Shown here piece by piece: positions 37,345 to 48,951 of a stretch of 64,000 bases of DNA. How positions within the stretch are numbered: position 1 is the stretch's first letter; the number at the start of each line of letters is the position of its first letter. Source of the stretch: Malacoraja senta. Lineage: Eukaryota. The DNA lies in the NCBI GenBank assembly GCA_038087875.1, contig CM075977.1, forward strand, positions 334,614,001-334,678,000. Reading direction: 5' to 3'. The notes beneath the pieces were generated by a model that was not told where the DNA came from, ran no database searches, and saw only the letters and a program-made list of their open reading frames with translations. Both the position numbers and the translations under genes were made by a program.

Positions 37345-38009
37345 AAGGCCTGTCTCACGAGTCTGCGGTCATTGGCGGCGAAACAGGAAGAATCTACCGC
37401 TCCTGGGCCGCCATAGACCGCGCACTCGGTCAAACGCACAATTCCGGGGCAGTGCGGCGTTGTTCCCAACACTGCACGGTGCTAAAATAAAACCAACACT
37501 GTTCAAAAATATGTCCCTACTGCACAGCCTCCGCCAGTGAGGCACGAGTGCGGCACGGCCGCCGCCACAGCCGCCGCCAGTGTGGCTCGAGCGCCGTGCG
37601 TCGAACTTGCACTGCCACAGCCTCCACCAGTGAGGCACGTGTACGGCACGGCCGCCGCCACAGCCACCGCTACAGCGCTGCGATCAGCACAGCCGCCGCC
37701 ACAGCCGCCGCTAGTGAGTCACGTGTGCGGCACGGCCGCCGCCACAGCCACCGCTACAGCGCCGCGATCAGGACGGCCGCCGCCACAGCCCCGCAGATCC
37801 AAAATGACGTCATCGCAGTCGGCCCGCCCTTTTTTAAACTTACCGCAAGCACGTGGGTCCAGCCGTATTTAAATCACTTGGCCCCCGCGCAGCATCCGTG
37901 CGGCGCTCCCGTGGCATAGGCTCGGCGCTCTCGCCGTTGCCGTGCGGTCCACTCTGCAGGCGAAGCCGCGCTTCACCGCCGATGACCGCAACACCGTGAG
38001 ACAGAGCCT
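37345..38009 (+). mobile_element. GC-rich Harbinger-type MITE, copy C, inserted in a Penelope terminal repeat
   Basis: TAA|AAGGCCTGTCTCAC ... GTGAGACAGAGCCT|TTA; removal restores gctggagtaactcagcgggacaggcagc. Confidence 0.82.
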
Positions 38010-41000
38010 TTACTCAGCGGGACAGGCAGCATCGCTGGAGAGAAGGAAAGGGTGACATTTCAGGTCAAGACCAGGGATGGATCATGTTTTACTGAGAAAA
38101 GATTAATGTTAAATGTTTTCAAAGGGTCAGAAGCAAACGATAGAAGAAAAGTGCATTCTGAATCCAGTTCCAATCTGTTGATTACAGAGACCAAGGTAAA
38201 AGTTGGCAGCTGATTTTTTTCAGGGAGACAGGCAAATATTTTATATTTGTCAGTCAGGCTAAGGGCCTCTAAACTCAGAAGCAGCTAGGGTTTTTGAGCC
38301 TCTGCAAAGATCAATGCATGCATTAAAACAAAAAAGGATTGCTACCAAACTATAGGAGTTCAAGCCTTGAATATTCATGCCGGTGGCATAGACCCATTTG
38401 TAACATTTGGTTTGAGCCACGGGCTGTGGTTCAATTCATTTCATCCAACCAATAAAGAGGAGTGGAGGGCCTGCTTTATGGTTCAACCACATGGCAGCAA
38501 AAAACATTGTGAGCAGAAGGGTGGGTTAAACCTTTAAGAGGTGGGTTGGAGCCAGTTTCTCAAGCACTAACAACAAATTGAAGTAGAGCAAAGGGCAGGG
38601 TGCTGCTTTGTTGCAGAGGTGAATTAGCATTTTATTTATGTCATGGAAGCTCAATGTCTCTGATTCAGCCCACAAGTTTCTGTGGATACTGAGTCTCAGC
38701 TTACACAGAAACCTCAGTGCTCCAATGAAGGCACTGGGGATAAGGTATTTTCACTAGGAGGCACTTATGTTACTCCCAGCATCCTGAGCTCTCCTGTATC
38801 TAAACCTACTTGTACAAGTCCAACCACCTCTCTGTCTTTGGGCAAAAGGACATTTCCTCAGATTGGACCCCAAAAGTCAATCAAAATTGCTTCCAATTCT
38901 GGTCTGGGATTTGAATCATTCCCTTAGATTTGACCACATCTCCTTTGAATTCAGTTCACAGACATAACTGATCTTGCAATCTACTCTGGAATTACCCTGC
39001 TTGACTGAAAGACAAGCCCATTACATAGAACCCCGGGCCCGGAAGGCAAAGGAAAATGCTGTTGAGATGAACTTCATTGAAATCCAAAGAAGGTTACACA
39101 GTGCTGATGCAACTCAGTGGGTCTGTCTGAAGAAGGGTTCCGGCTCAAATCGTCACCTATCCATGTTCTCCAGAGATGCTGCCATTGAGTTACTCTGGCA
39201 CTGTGTCTTTTTTTGGTAAACCAGCATTTGTTACCTTTTGTAGCCTTGTTTCCTCATTAAAATCCAATTGACTTTGCAGTTTTCCACACAAAATTTCAAC
39301 ATTTGTTCTCCCTTGTTTCTGTATTCCATGCTAATAAATATTTTGTATTTAATTTAGTCATAATGCAAGGGGTGATATTAGATGATTATTATTATTATTA
39401 TACACATGGCATAATAGATAAGTGCTCCTTGTTCCGTATTAAGTTTGAAAGTTTTACATCAGTTCTACATCTGTTAAAATATATGGGTTTATCTATATTT
39501 TTCAGACAATATGCACCTTGTTAGTAGGGTGGCACAGAGAAAAGCATTTTGACCATTCCATATCACAATCAAGTAATTAAGGTTGTTAATCTATTTTTGA
39601 TTAAATATTCTATTTTACAACACACAGCAAGTGTTCAGTAAGTAACTTATCTAGCTGCAAGATTGTGTTTTGCTATGCCAAATTTAACAGATGCCATGGT
39701 CTCAGATTCTTGAATTGGGGAATTGTTTTCATGAGACTGTTGTTTAGAGAACAGTTCCACAGTATTAAATTAAGAAAACGTAGAGTTTAAATTTGAGTGA
39801 GAAAGAAAGAAACAACAATATTTATAACACACTTAAAGAGGAAAACCTGGTAACATTGTGAGAAGGTAGACAAAAATACTGGAGAAACTCAGCTGGTGAG
39901 GCAGCATCTACGGAGCGAAGGAATAGGTGATGTTTCGGGTCAAGACCCTTCTTCTTGTGAGACTTCTTTTTTGCCCAAAAGTCATTTTGCATTGGATACA
40001 TTGGTTTTGTTTGCTACTGGGGACTAAAAAGGGAAAAATAGCATGAAGGTCATTTTCAAATCTATATTTTAAATTAAATGTACAATCTGCATGTTACATT
40101 TTTGAATAATTGTCATATACTCTCTAACAGTTTTATAAAAGAAAGAAGATTCCATTGAGTACTGACAGATATGGCCGAAATGATGACAAACTATCTGCTA
40201 AATAGATGGATTGAGTATGTAAATTGGAAGTTCTTTTAATAAGTTGATTCATCATGAAAACAACAGTGATAATGCATCTTACTTAGTTTGTCACAGTGAA
40301 GTGGAAGAGCAAAATCTATGCTTGCAACATCAATCAATCCTGTCCAGAATCCAATCCAATTTACTTCACTTGATCATGTATCAACAGGCCTTTGTTCTGA
40401 TATTTGGCAAAGTAATGAAAAATACATATGCTAACTCCATACATCAACCAAGTTTCTATATTTCTAACCTGCCTAACCTTAGCACCAACCTAAGACTTAA
40501 ATTGTAAATTGAAATAAATAGTATATGTAATAATTTTAGTGGGATGGAGTTCTGTACTCCCTGAGTCCACCTCCAGAATGGCCTATTTTTGATTCTGAGA
40601 TAACATTTCCTTGCGTAAATTCACTAATTAGTAGATTATATCTGCCCAATCAATTTCTTTCAAATAATTGGGTTGATCAAATCTTATCCCTCTACATTCC
40701 TAGAAATATAAGTGCAGTCTATATCATCTCCCTTTATATTTTATATTTAGAGCCCTAATAATATTCTGGTTATTCAATTCTGCATTGTTTTATAATAAGT
40801 GAAGGAATGTTTGTAACTTAATTAATTAATTGGTAAATGCCTCAAGAGCAGACAAAAGCATTTGACCATAGAAAGCTAAGGTTGCGCAGTACTTTGGCTG
40901 GAAATTAAATATACCAGGGTCCCTGCATTTAGAAAGGACCAACAAAGTAGATAAGAGAGGACTATTGTGGGAATGGTCCAAACAAAGAGAAACAGGAATT

Positions 41001-41784
41001 AAAAACAAATTAAGTTGCTTTTAGCCAGTAAGGATAAAAACAAAAGAAATAACAAAACACAAAATCACTTTTAACAAAACACAAAAGCACCCATTAGCAA
41101 CAATTCAACTGGAAAGAGATTTCATAAAATAATAAAAGCCTGCAGCAATTGTAATACAATAGCTTTAAGGAGTTTGAATCAAGAACACCCTAGAAAAGAT
41201 AAATATCGCCAAATACATTGGAAGAGAATTTTCTAAACCAGAATATCATGAATCATTTTAGGGTTCAGGCTGACTTAAGTCTTAACTTCTGAAATGAGAC
41301 AGGTGATTTAGTAAATCTACAGTAAATCACCCTTTGGGGAAAAGTGATCAAAATATGACAACATTTAATTCACATTTCAAGAATGACAGAATCAAAACAA
41401 AATTAGTGCCTTGAGCTGAACGCCACGAAAATAGCCCAAATAGATGCTAAAATTGATTGTGAAATTATACTTAAAAGGGTTTACCAGTAGATAAATTCTG
41501 CCAATATATTAGAGAGATAGATAAATAATCTCAACAAATGTACATATCACTGAGAAATGAAAACACAAATAAACAGATTCACCAGTTACTGAGAGATTTA
41601 GTGGAGTATATTAGACCAGTGCTCAACAAAGGTATTTTCATCACATTTTAAGCAGTTTGTAAATCTTACACCAATATGAAGATAATCTCTCTGATATTCC
41701 CGAACTTCTGAGGTACATCAGAAGCACTTTTATACATTATGATCTAGCATAATCATAAACACACAACCTTCCATTGATTTATCA

Positions 41785-42592
41785 TTGATGTGGATAAATG
41801 TGAGGTTATCCACTTTGGTAGCAAAAACAGGAAGGCAGATTATTATCTAAATGGTGTCAAGTTAGGAAAAGGGGAAGTACAATGGGATCTGGGGGTCCTT
41901 GTTCAAGAGTCAATGAAAGGAAGCATTCAGGTACAGCAGGCAGTGAAGACAGCGAATGGCATGTTGGCCTTCATAACAAGAGGAGTTGAGTATAGGACCA
42001 AAGTGGTCCTTCTGCAATTGTATAGGGCCCTAGTGAGACCGCATCTGGAGTATTGTGTGCAGTTTTGGTCCCCTAATTTGAGGAAGGACATTCTTGCTAT
42101 TGAGGGAGTTTACAAGGTTAATTCCCGGGATGGCGGGACTGTCATATGCTGAGAGAATGGAGCGACTAGGCTTGTATACTCTGGAGTATAGAAGGACAAG
42201 AGGGGATCTTATTGAAACATATAAGATTATTAAGGGTTTGGACACGCTAGAGGCAGGAAACATGTTCCCGATGTTGGGGTAGTCCAGAACCAGGGGCCAC
42301 AGTGTAAGAATAAGGGGTAAGCCATTTAGAACAGTGACGAAGAAACACTTTTTCACATAGAGAGTTGTGAGTCTGTGGAATTCTCTGTCTCAGAGGGCGG
42401 TGGAGGCCGGTTCTCTGGATACTTTCATGAGGGAGCTAGATGGGGCTCTTAAAGAAAGCGGAGTCAGGGGATATGGGGAGGAGGCAGGAACGGGGTACTG
42501 ATTGGGGATGATCAGCCATGGTCACATTGAATCACGGTGCTGGCTCATAGGGCCAAATGGCCTACTCCTGCACCTGTTGTCTATATCTATTG
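41785..42592 (+). mobile_element. CR1 LINE 3' fragment
   Basis: DKCEVIHFG, LYRALVRPHLEYCVQFWSP; CR1 3' UTR. Confidence 0.85.
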
Positions 42593-43620
42593 CTATGTAT
42601 TACATCTCAACCAGTAATTGAATTTTCTCTCATCTGACAATTCCTGAAGTATTTATCCTATCAAGAATCCCATCATTCCATTTACTCATTAACTCTGATC
42701 TGAACCCCTTGATCTCGTTATGCTCACATCCACTCATACAGAGCAGACTTTAATTCTTATCCCAGGGCATCCTGCAGTAATTAACTACACATCTTTTTAC
42801 ATTGGGATCAGCATTCTCTTCTAACACTTGGTTGTTTTGTATTATTTATCTCTTGAGAGTTGTATTTGGCCTGACATCAGTGCAACTTAGGACAAGGGAA
42901 TTGTCTGAAGAAGGAATGGAATATCGTTTCTGAGAGGAATTGGCAAGGTGGCTTCCGAGAGTGTTTGTGTGTTGTGATTTCCTATGATTTGTTTTTCCAT
43001 AGCAATTGATAAATCTGTAATTTACAGTGGTCACTATTCAACTGGCAATTATGGATGTCAAAATGCAGTTGCAGTTTCAGAAATTTGCAAAAGTATAAAA
43101 AGCAAAATTCTCAATGACCTGCTGTAATACTGTGTGGCTGGCAGAAACTCTGAAGCATTGAAATAATTGCCTAAATTATTACAACATAAGGTTGGGCAAT
43201 TGTTGCAGGAATATAGCGTGTTTATTTAAAGCATTCTTGAAATCTAACATCAGTGTTGACCTTTAAGACAATCAGTCAACATGAACAAAGGATGTTCCTC
43301 ATGAAATTCTATCATTCTAATACCTGTGATTTTGAAGGCATACTTCAATTAGGAATGAAAAATGTTTTTATGCAAAGACAGAACTATGCTGCCAATGGCA
43401 AATCTCCATTCATCTGTAACTATATCTTCACACCAGCTTTCAAAGGTTTCCCCATTATAGAGGTGATGCCCACAGCAGTTTTCTACTAGCCTTTGACATT
43501 GAGTACATTTTATTTCACCCACGTTCTGCATTATTGTCAATTTAAATACATAATTGGTTTCCCTGCAGAATCCGACTATAAATCCATGCAATTGTAGAAA
43601 CAAAAATGCAGCAATACATC

Positions 43621-43912
43621 TTTAGTTTAGTTTAGTCATACAGCCCGGAAACAGGCCTTTCGACCCACTGAGTCCATGCCAACTAGCGATCCCCATACAC
43701 TAACACTATCCTACATATACAAGGGACAATTTACAATTTTACCAAGCCAATTAGCCTACAATTCTATACGTCTTTGCAGTGTGGGAGGAAATTGGAGAAA
43801 ACCCACGTGATCACAGGGAGAACGTACAAACTCCATACAGACAGCACCCATAGTCAGGGTCGAACTGGGGTCTCTGGCACTGTAAGACAGCAACTCCGCA
43901 GCTGTGCCACCC
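43621..43912 (-). mobile_element. V-SINE (HE1-like)
   Basis: Reverse complement of the 12088-12420 family, (ctaaa)n tail. Confidence 0.78.
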
Positions 43913-44179
43913 AAAACAATTTCTGTGGCAGATAACGTAAAATTATTTTGTGTATTTATTCACTGGATGTGAATGATGTTGACAGGGCCTACATTTCTTG
44001 CCTATCTTTAACAGCATCTAGAACTGGATAATTTGTTAGACCATGTAAGTCAACCATTCTAATGCCTCTTAAGTTACACATAGCTCAAACTAGGGCCAAG
44101 CATAGTAGATATCCTTAGGTATATTACTGAACAAACAGGTAGTTTCATGGTCAATATTAGAGATGTTAGCAGGAACGAT

Positions 44180-45290
44180 AGAAACAAAGAACTGCAGATA
44201 CTGGTAATTATTATACAATAGGACACAGTGTGCTGGAATAATTCAGCAGGTCAGGCAGATCTCTTGAGAGCAATGCTAGGTGATGTTTCGGGTTGAGACT
44301 TTTCTTCAGATTGATTGTAGGGGAGGAGAAGAAAGCCGGAAAAAGGGAAAGGCAAGTCAAAGCGTGACAGGAACCAGGTTGACTCAGGCGAGGGGGAGGG
44401 GCGAGGAGGGGGGGGGTTATGACAGGAAGATAATTGGAATGATGGGCAGAGGCAAGAACAGTAGATGTGAGGTTTGAAGAGTTGCGGATTGTGAGGCTGG
44501 GGTAGAGGGGTGAGGGGGAAGGAGAAAGGGGGTTAGTTAGAGGTTACATACAACTGGACAATTCAATGTTCATACCATTGAGTTGTAAGCTACCCAAGCG
44601 GAATGTGAGGGCTGTTACTCCCATTTGCGCTTGACCTCACTGTGGCAATGGAGCAGGCTCAGGAGAGAAAGGTCAGTATGGGAATGATAATTAGAATGGT
44701 TCGCAACAGCAATTGCGACACAGTGGTGCAGTGGTAGATTTGCTACTTTACAGCACCACAAACCCGGGTTCAATCCAGACTACGGACGCTGTCTATATGG
44801 AGCTTGCATGTTTTCCCTGTGATTTCATGGGTTTTCTCTGGGTGCTCGGGTTACTTCTCACACTCCAAAGACATACAGGTTTGTAGGTAAATTGGGTTCT
44901 GTAAATTGTCCGTACTGTGTAGGATAGTGCTAGTGTATGGGATGATTGTTGTTTGGCATGAACTTGGTGGGCAAAAGCACCTGTTTCCACACTGTATAAA
45001 TGTCTAAGGTCTAAAGTAAACCAGGAGATCTAGTAGGCCTTGGCAGACCAAGTGCAAGCGTTCTGTGAAACAGTCGCCGAGTCTGTGCTTGGTCTCGCCA
45101 ATGTACAGGAGGCCACATTGAAAACATCAGATGTAGTGGATGAGGTTAAAGGAGATGGATGTGAACCTTTGTCTCAACTGGAAGAAATGCTGGAGTCCCA
45201 GGATGGAGGTAAGGGACGTACTATAGGGACAGGGATTACATCCCCCGAGTTTGCAGGGGAAAGTACCTGTGGAGGGGCTAGTTTGGGTGT
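44180..45290 (-). mobile_element. Penelope-like element 3' fragment (degraded GIY-YIG endonuclease plus terminal repeat with hammerhead motif), interrupted by a V-SINE
   Basis: Minus-strand NLIHYI*CFQCGLLYIGETKHRLGDCFTERL (about 45050-45150); ...FRLGSLQLNGMNIELS-type end near 44550-44610; CTGAAGA..CCCGAAAC at 44279-44311. Confidence 0.8.
44715..45020 (+). mobile_element. V-SINE nested in the Penelope fragment
   Basis: cagtggtgcagtggta...gggttcaatcc...V-domain; (ctaaa) tail. Confidence 0.78.
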
Positions 45291-45854
45291 GATGCTAACA
45301 AAGGCACTGCATGTACTCTGGGTGGGAGACTTCACTGTCTATCGATTGGATCGGTAGAGACACCCTTGAAAGAGCAGGCAGCGTCCTGAAGGACATCGCT
45401 GCCAATTTAGCTCTGACGCAGGTAGTAACATAATACCCGACCTAGCCTTGTCAAATAAGAGTGAATTTAAATTGGTGGCTTATTTCTGTGCTCAATTTTG
45501 GAAAGAATTGGGATCAATGTAGCTGATTGCTAGTCATTTGAAGCTGTCATACTTATTTAATTGTTTCAGCTAAAATAACTGTCCTATTCATCAGAGTTGG
45601 AAACTTTTATATTGCTTTCCAAGCAGTGTTTGCACTTGCTCTTGAAATTTTTATGAGACACTCGTAGTTATCAGCCTATCATGATTAAAATGGATACAGA
45701 GTTCCTCTGTTTCTTTTATTTAATTAGGTCTGGTACATATCAAGTGGTCTAATATGTTTTTTCTCTTCTTGAGAATGTAAAAACTAAAATAAACTAAGTT
45801 TCCTCAAATGTACTTAAAAAAAAAAAGTGACTACGTCATGGATTTCAGAAGATC

Positions 45855-46326
45855 TGAAAAAGTTCACTTAAAAGATAGACAAAGTACAAATTCTTAAGAC
45901 CATACAAAGCTTTAATTTAACGTCTGACGGGTGTGAACTGAGAGACCCAGAGGCAACAGGTTCGCACGTCTGAATCTCCAGCAGCACACACAAAGAAATA
46001 CCAGAACATCGAAGCTTATATACGTACCGATATAAAACCAATTGCATGATGTACTGACACAAAAACCACCATCCACCTCCAAATATGGAGTTGTTTTTCA
46101 CTCTTTGCCAAAAGCCAGTTACCCCAATGGCATCCTCTGGGCCCCTTCTTATCTGATTAACCTCTTCAACTTACATAAAAAAACTTGTAAGAGAGCTGTG
46201 AACTTTTCAACTTAAAGGAAAAAAACCTGGCATGATAGGAGTTGTCCAAATCCCATCATGCATTACAATTGGCCTTTTACAACAGGAAAGTTTAAATATG
46301 ACAACAATCAATTAATAACTAACTCA
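45855..46326 (-). repeat. ERV 3' LTR
   Basis: Preceded by the polypurine tract AAAAGGAAGGAA (46338-46327); ATTAAA near 45915; ends in CA next to the duplication. Confidence 0.75.
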
Positions 46327-46355
46327 TTCCTTCCTTTTATCATATAATGATAACA

Positions 46356-47450
46356 CTACAGTCCTTGGTTAGTACATAGTAAAGGCTTCAGACATTTCAG
46401 TACATAGATTAAGATAATGATCAGTAGTACAATAGATCCATAATGTATTACCATTCCCCATATTCCTCCAAACATACTAAATGGCCACCATTCTACACCT
46501 TTATTAAAGTTATTCATTTCCTCCCCTACCTCTGTAATCTTCTTTATTTCTGCAGTAATATGTGCTGCTAAATCTGTAATGTTAGAAGATTCATCAGGGA
46601 TGTAAGTGCAGCATTCACACCCTATAATAGCACAAGTACCCCCTATTATCCTATAGGGATATATATACGACAAAGTGCATCCATTTCAGCCATAATGGAT
46701 GAAAGGGCCTTTTATTTGTAGGTAAAGATGTCCACCATTTAATTAAACAATTTCTCCAATCTAGGGGACATATTAATCAATTCCCGTGATAGACAGGCTG
46801 TCCCATACAGTGGGAAAGCAATCATCCAGAAATGCTCTGACTCTGATAGACTTCACTTAGCCCTCATCGGGAATATACAATTCAGTTTAGATGTTACACA
46901 GTTCTCACGTGAGAGATAACAAAGGCCAAATAACAACATCCCCTTCAGTTGTAGGTTGACCTAATCAACCTTTCCCATTTCTTCTCATCCCCAGGTACAT
47001 ACCAGGTAACCATGGATATGCCCAAAATCCACATACAAAATACGTCCCATTTATTGGACTCAGCGGCCATTAGCACTAACCTTGGTGCAGGTGCTGTTCC
47101 TCAAGTATACTCCATTGCTTCTTTTGTCACAATAACAGGTAGTATTAACTGGGCTCTGGGGCAATACACTAATTTAAGCCATGGTATTTCCCAGACCCTG
47201 ATCTCATTTACCTTCCCTCCTGTCATAAAAGAGGCCACATACCATTCTTCAAATATGGGTCCTTGACTTTGCCATTCTGAATGTGCCCATTAGTTGCTTT
47301 TTAATTGTGAAAACAGTAAATAGTAAAGGCCAGAATCTCAGTAAGGTTAAGTGGTTTTGTTACGAGGGGTATTCCTTCTCCACCATTATATGGGATGAGT
47401 GTACACAACCAGCATACATTTATTATTACAAAGGGCAAATTCAAAACTCA
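46356..47450 (-). pseudogene. env: ERV env remnant (SU CWLC motif, mutated furin site RAK*, fusion peptide, CX6CC, membrane anchor)
   Basis: RAK*SLSESEHFWMIAFPLYGTA from 46864 down; GGTCAIIGCECCTYIPD...GSIVLLIIILIYVLKC in ORF 46356..46673. Confidence 0.85.
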
Positions 47451-48084
47451 TAAACAAAAACAGATTATTTCACCAAGTCCAGTCCATATGGGCCAACCCC
47501 AGAATATAAAAGAGGGTCAATAGCCCCATTGTCCTTTTTTGGTTCTCCGAACTGTTTAAAGTCAATCAGATGAATCCAACGCAGTGATCTTCAATCTTCT
47601 TGGCGGTTGATGTTGTTGATACCACTTGGTACAGTTCTGTTCAACACAGTTTTAATTCCTTCCATCCCAATGCCTTATCAATATGTAGTCTGACAGTATG
47701 AACTCGTCCCTGTGTTCAACTGGTAGTGGTATCTGCACTTCTTGTACCTTAAAATGCAGACCTGGCAAAGCATGGGTTAATTGCTGTGTATAATAATTAG
47801 TTAATCACTGAGGGCCTGTAGGTGAAACTTCCACACGTGAGTCGCACCACCAGTGGGTACGTAGCCTGTGGTCACCCTCAGTCCATAGCATCCTTCCCAC
47901 AACTCAGTCACCCAGCCCTGCGTCACCTGCAAATCTGCCAATGCCACCATCACATTGCATTACATCGGCATACTCAGTTTCTCGCAGATCTGATGGCTAT
48001 CAATGTCCCAAAATAGGCGAAAAATAGCGACATGTCCATCGCAATCTATCCTAGAAAGGGATTTCTTAAAAAAAAGTTAACATT

Positions 48085-48288
48085 TTATCTTTTTGGCACC
48101 ATACTGACAATCTTACAGTGGTGAAAGTGAACCCACGCATGTCTCCCCTCCACCTTTTCTGCGGTAGGGGTTGTTAGAAGGACCTGGTAATGCCCTTCCC
48201 ACCGAATGTCCAGTCTCTTCCTCATCCAATTCCTGAGTATTACACAAGTACCAGGTTCAATTTTAGACATAGTGGTTCTACTGTACAT
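48085..48288 (-). pseudogene. pol: ERV integrase C-terminal remnant
   Basis: PGTCVILRNWMRKRLDIRWEGHYQVLLTTPTAEKVEGRHAWVHFHHCK. Confidence 0.85.
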
Positions 48289-48951
48289 CCTTCAATGCCC
48301 TGGTTAACGATAACATATAATTAGTCATTTCCATAGTCATGTGATGAAAGTGAACAGCCTTTGGAGCATTCTGGTTCCATGTTGCCCCCAGTGGATGGTC
48401 ATATAAAATCTCTGCTGAATTCCTTTTTATTGTCATTCAAACAATTCAAACAAACAAAAGTTTGAACAGATTTTCGTTCCCTGTAGTCATAACAGCAAAA
48501 ACAAAACACACAGTTCCACACAACATCCAGCACAGTGAATCTCCAAACACCTCCTTACTGTGATGGAAGGCAAAAGTCCTATCTCCCTCTCTCCCTTCTT
48601 ATCTGTTCCACTGGAGAAAGCCTGTCCCAAGAGAAATACAAGCAACATGATCTTGTGAAGTATCTCAGCAAGCAATGTAATATCAATTAGCTCTTTCATG
48701 CCTTGTGTTTCATTTTGGCCAAAAATGTCACACAAAACACTTCAATATGACAACAATCAATTAATAACTAACTCTTTCAGATCCATGGGTTATAATTGTC
48801 TTTATTTATATCCCAGGCACCTCCTGGTATCTCACCCATTTTACTATCATTGTGTCATAACCAATGATATCAGCACAATGAGTCTGTGTTAACCATTTTT
48901 CCAGTTTATTCTCCTACATTCCAATCAACTACCCTCAGAGTCTATTACTAA

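Larger units (their letters stand above)
45855..48779 (-). mobile_element. Internally deleted class I (gamma/epsilon-like) endogenous retrovirus: short 5' LTR stub, integrase C-terminus, degraded env, 3' LTR
   Basis: GATC at 45851-54 and 48780-83; termini TGAAAGAGTT...AACTTTTTCA; 31-bp LTR identity between 46295-46325 and 48744-48774; IN RWEGHYQVLLTTPTA..VEG...WVH; env CX6CC. Confidence 0.88.

Noticed and set aside
35058-37919. Many overlapping Pro/Ala/Arg/Gly-rich ORFs on both strands
   Set aside because: By-products of stop-poor GC-rich repeats inside the MITEs; no domain or splice structure.
46356-46673. Open env TM frame as a syncytin-like captured gene
   Set aside because: Upstream env has stops and frameshifts, the furin site is destroyed and the immunosuppressive domain is missing.
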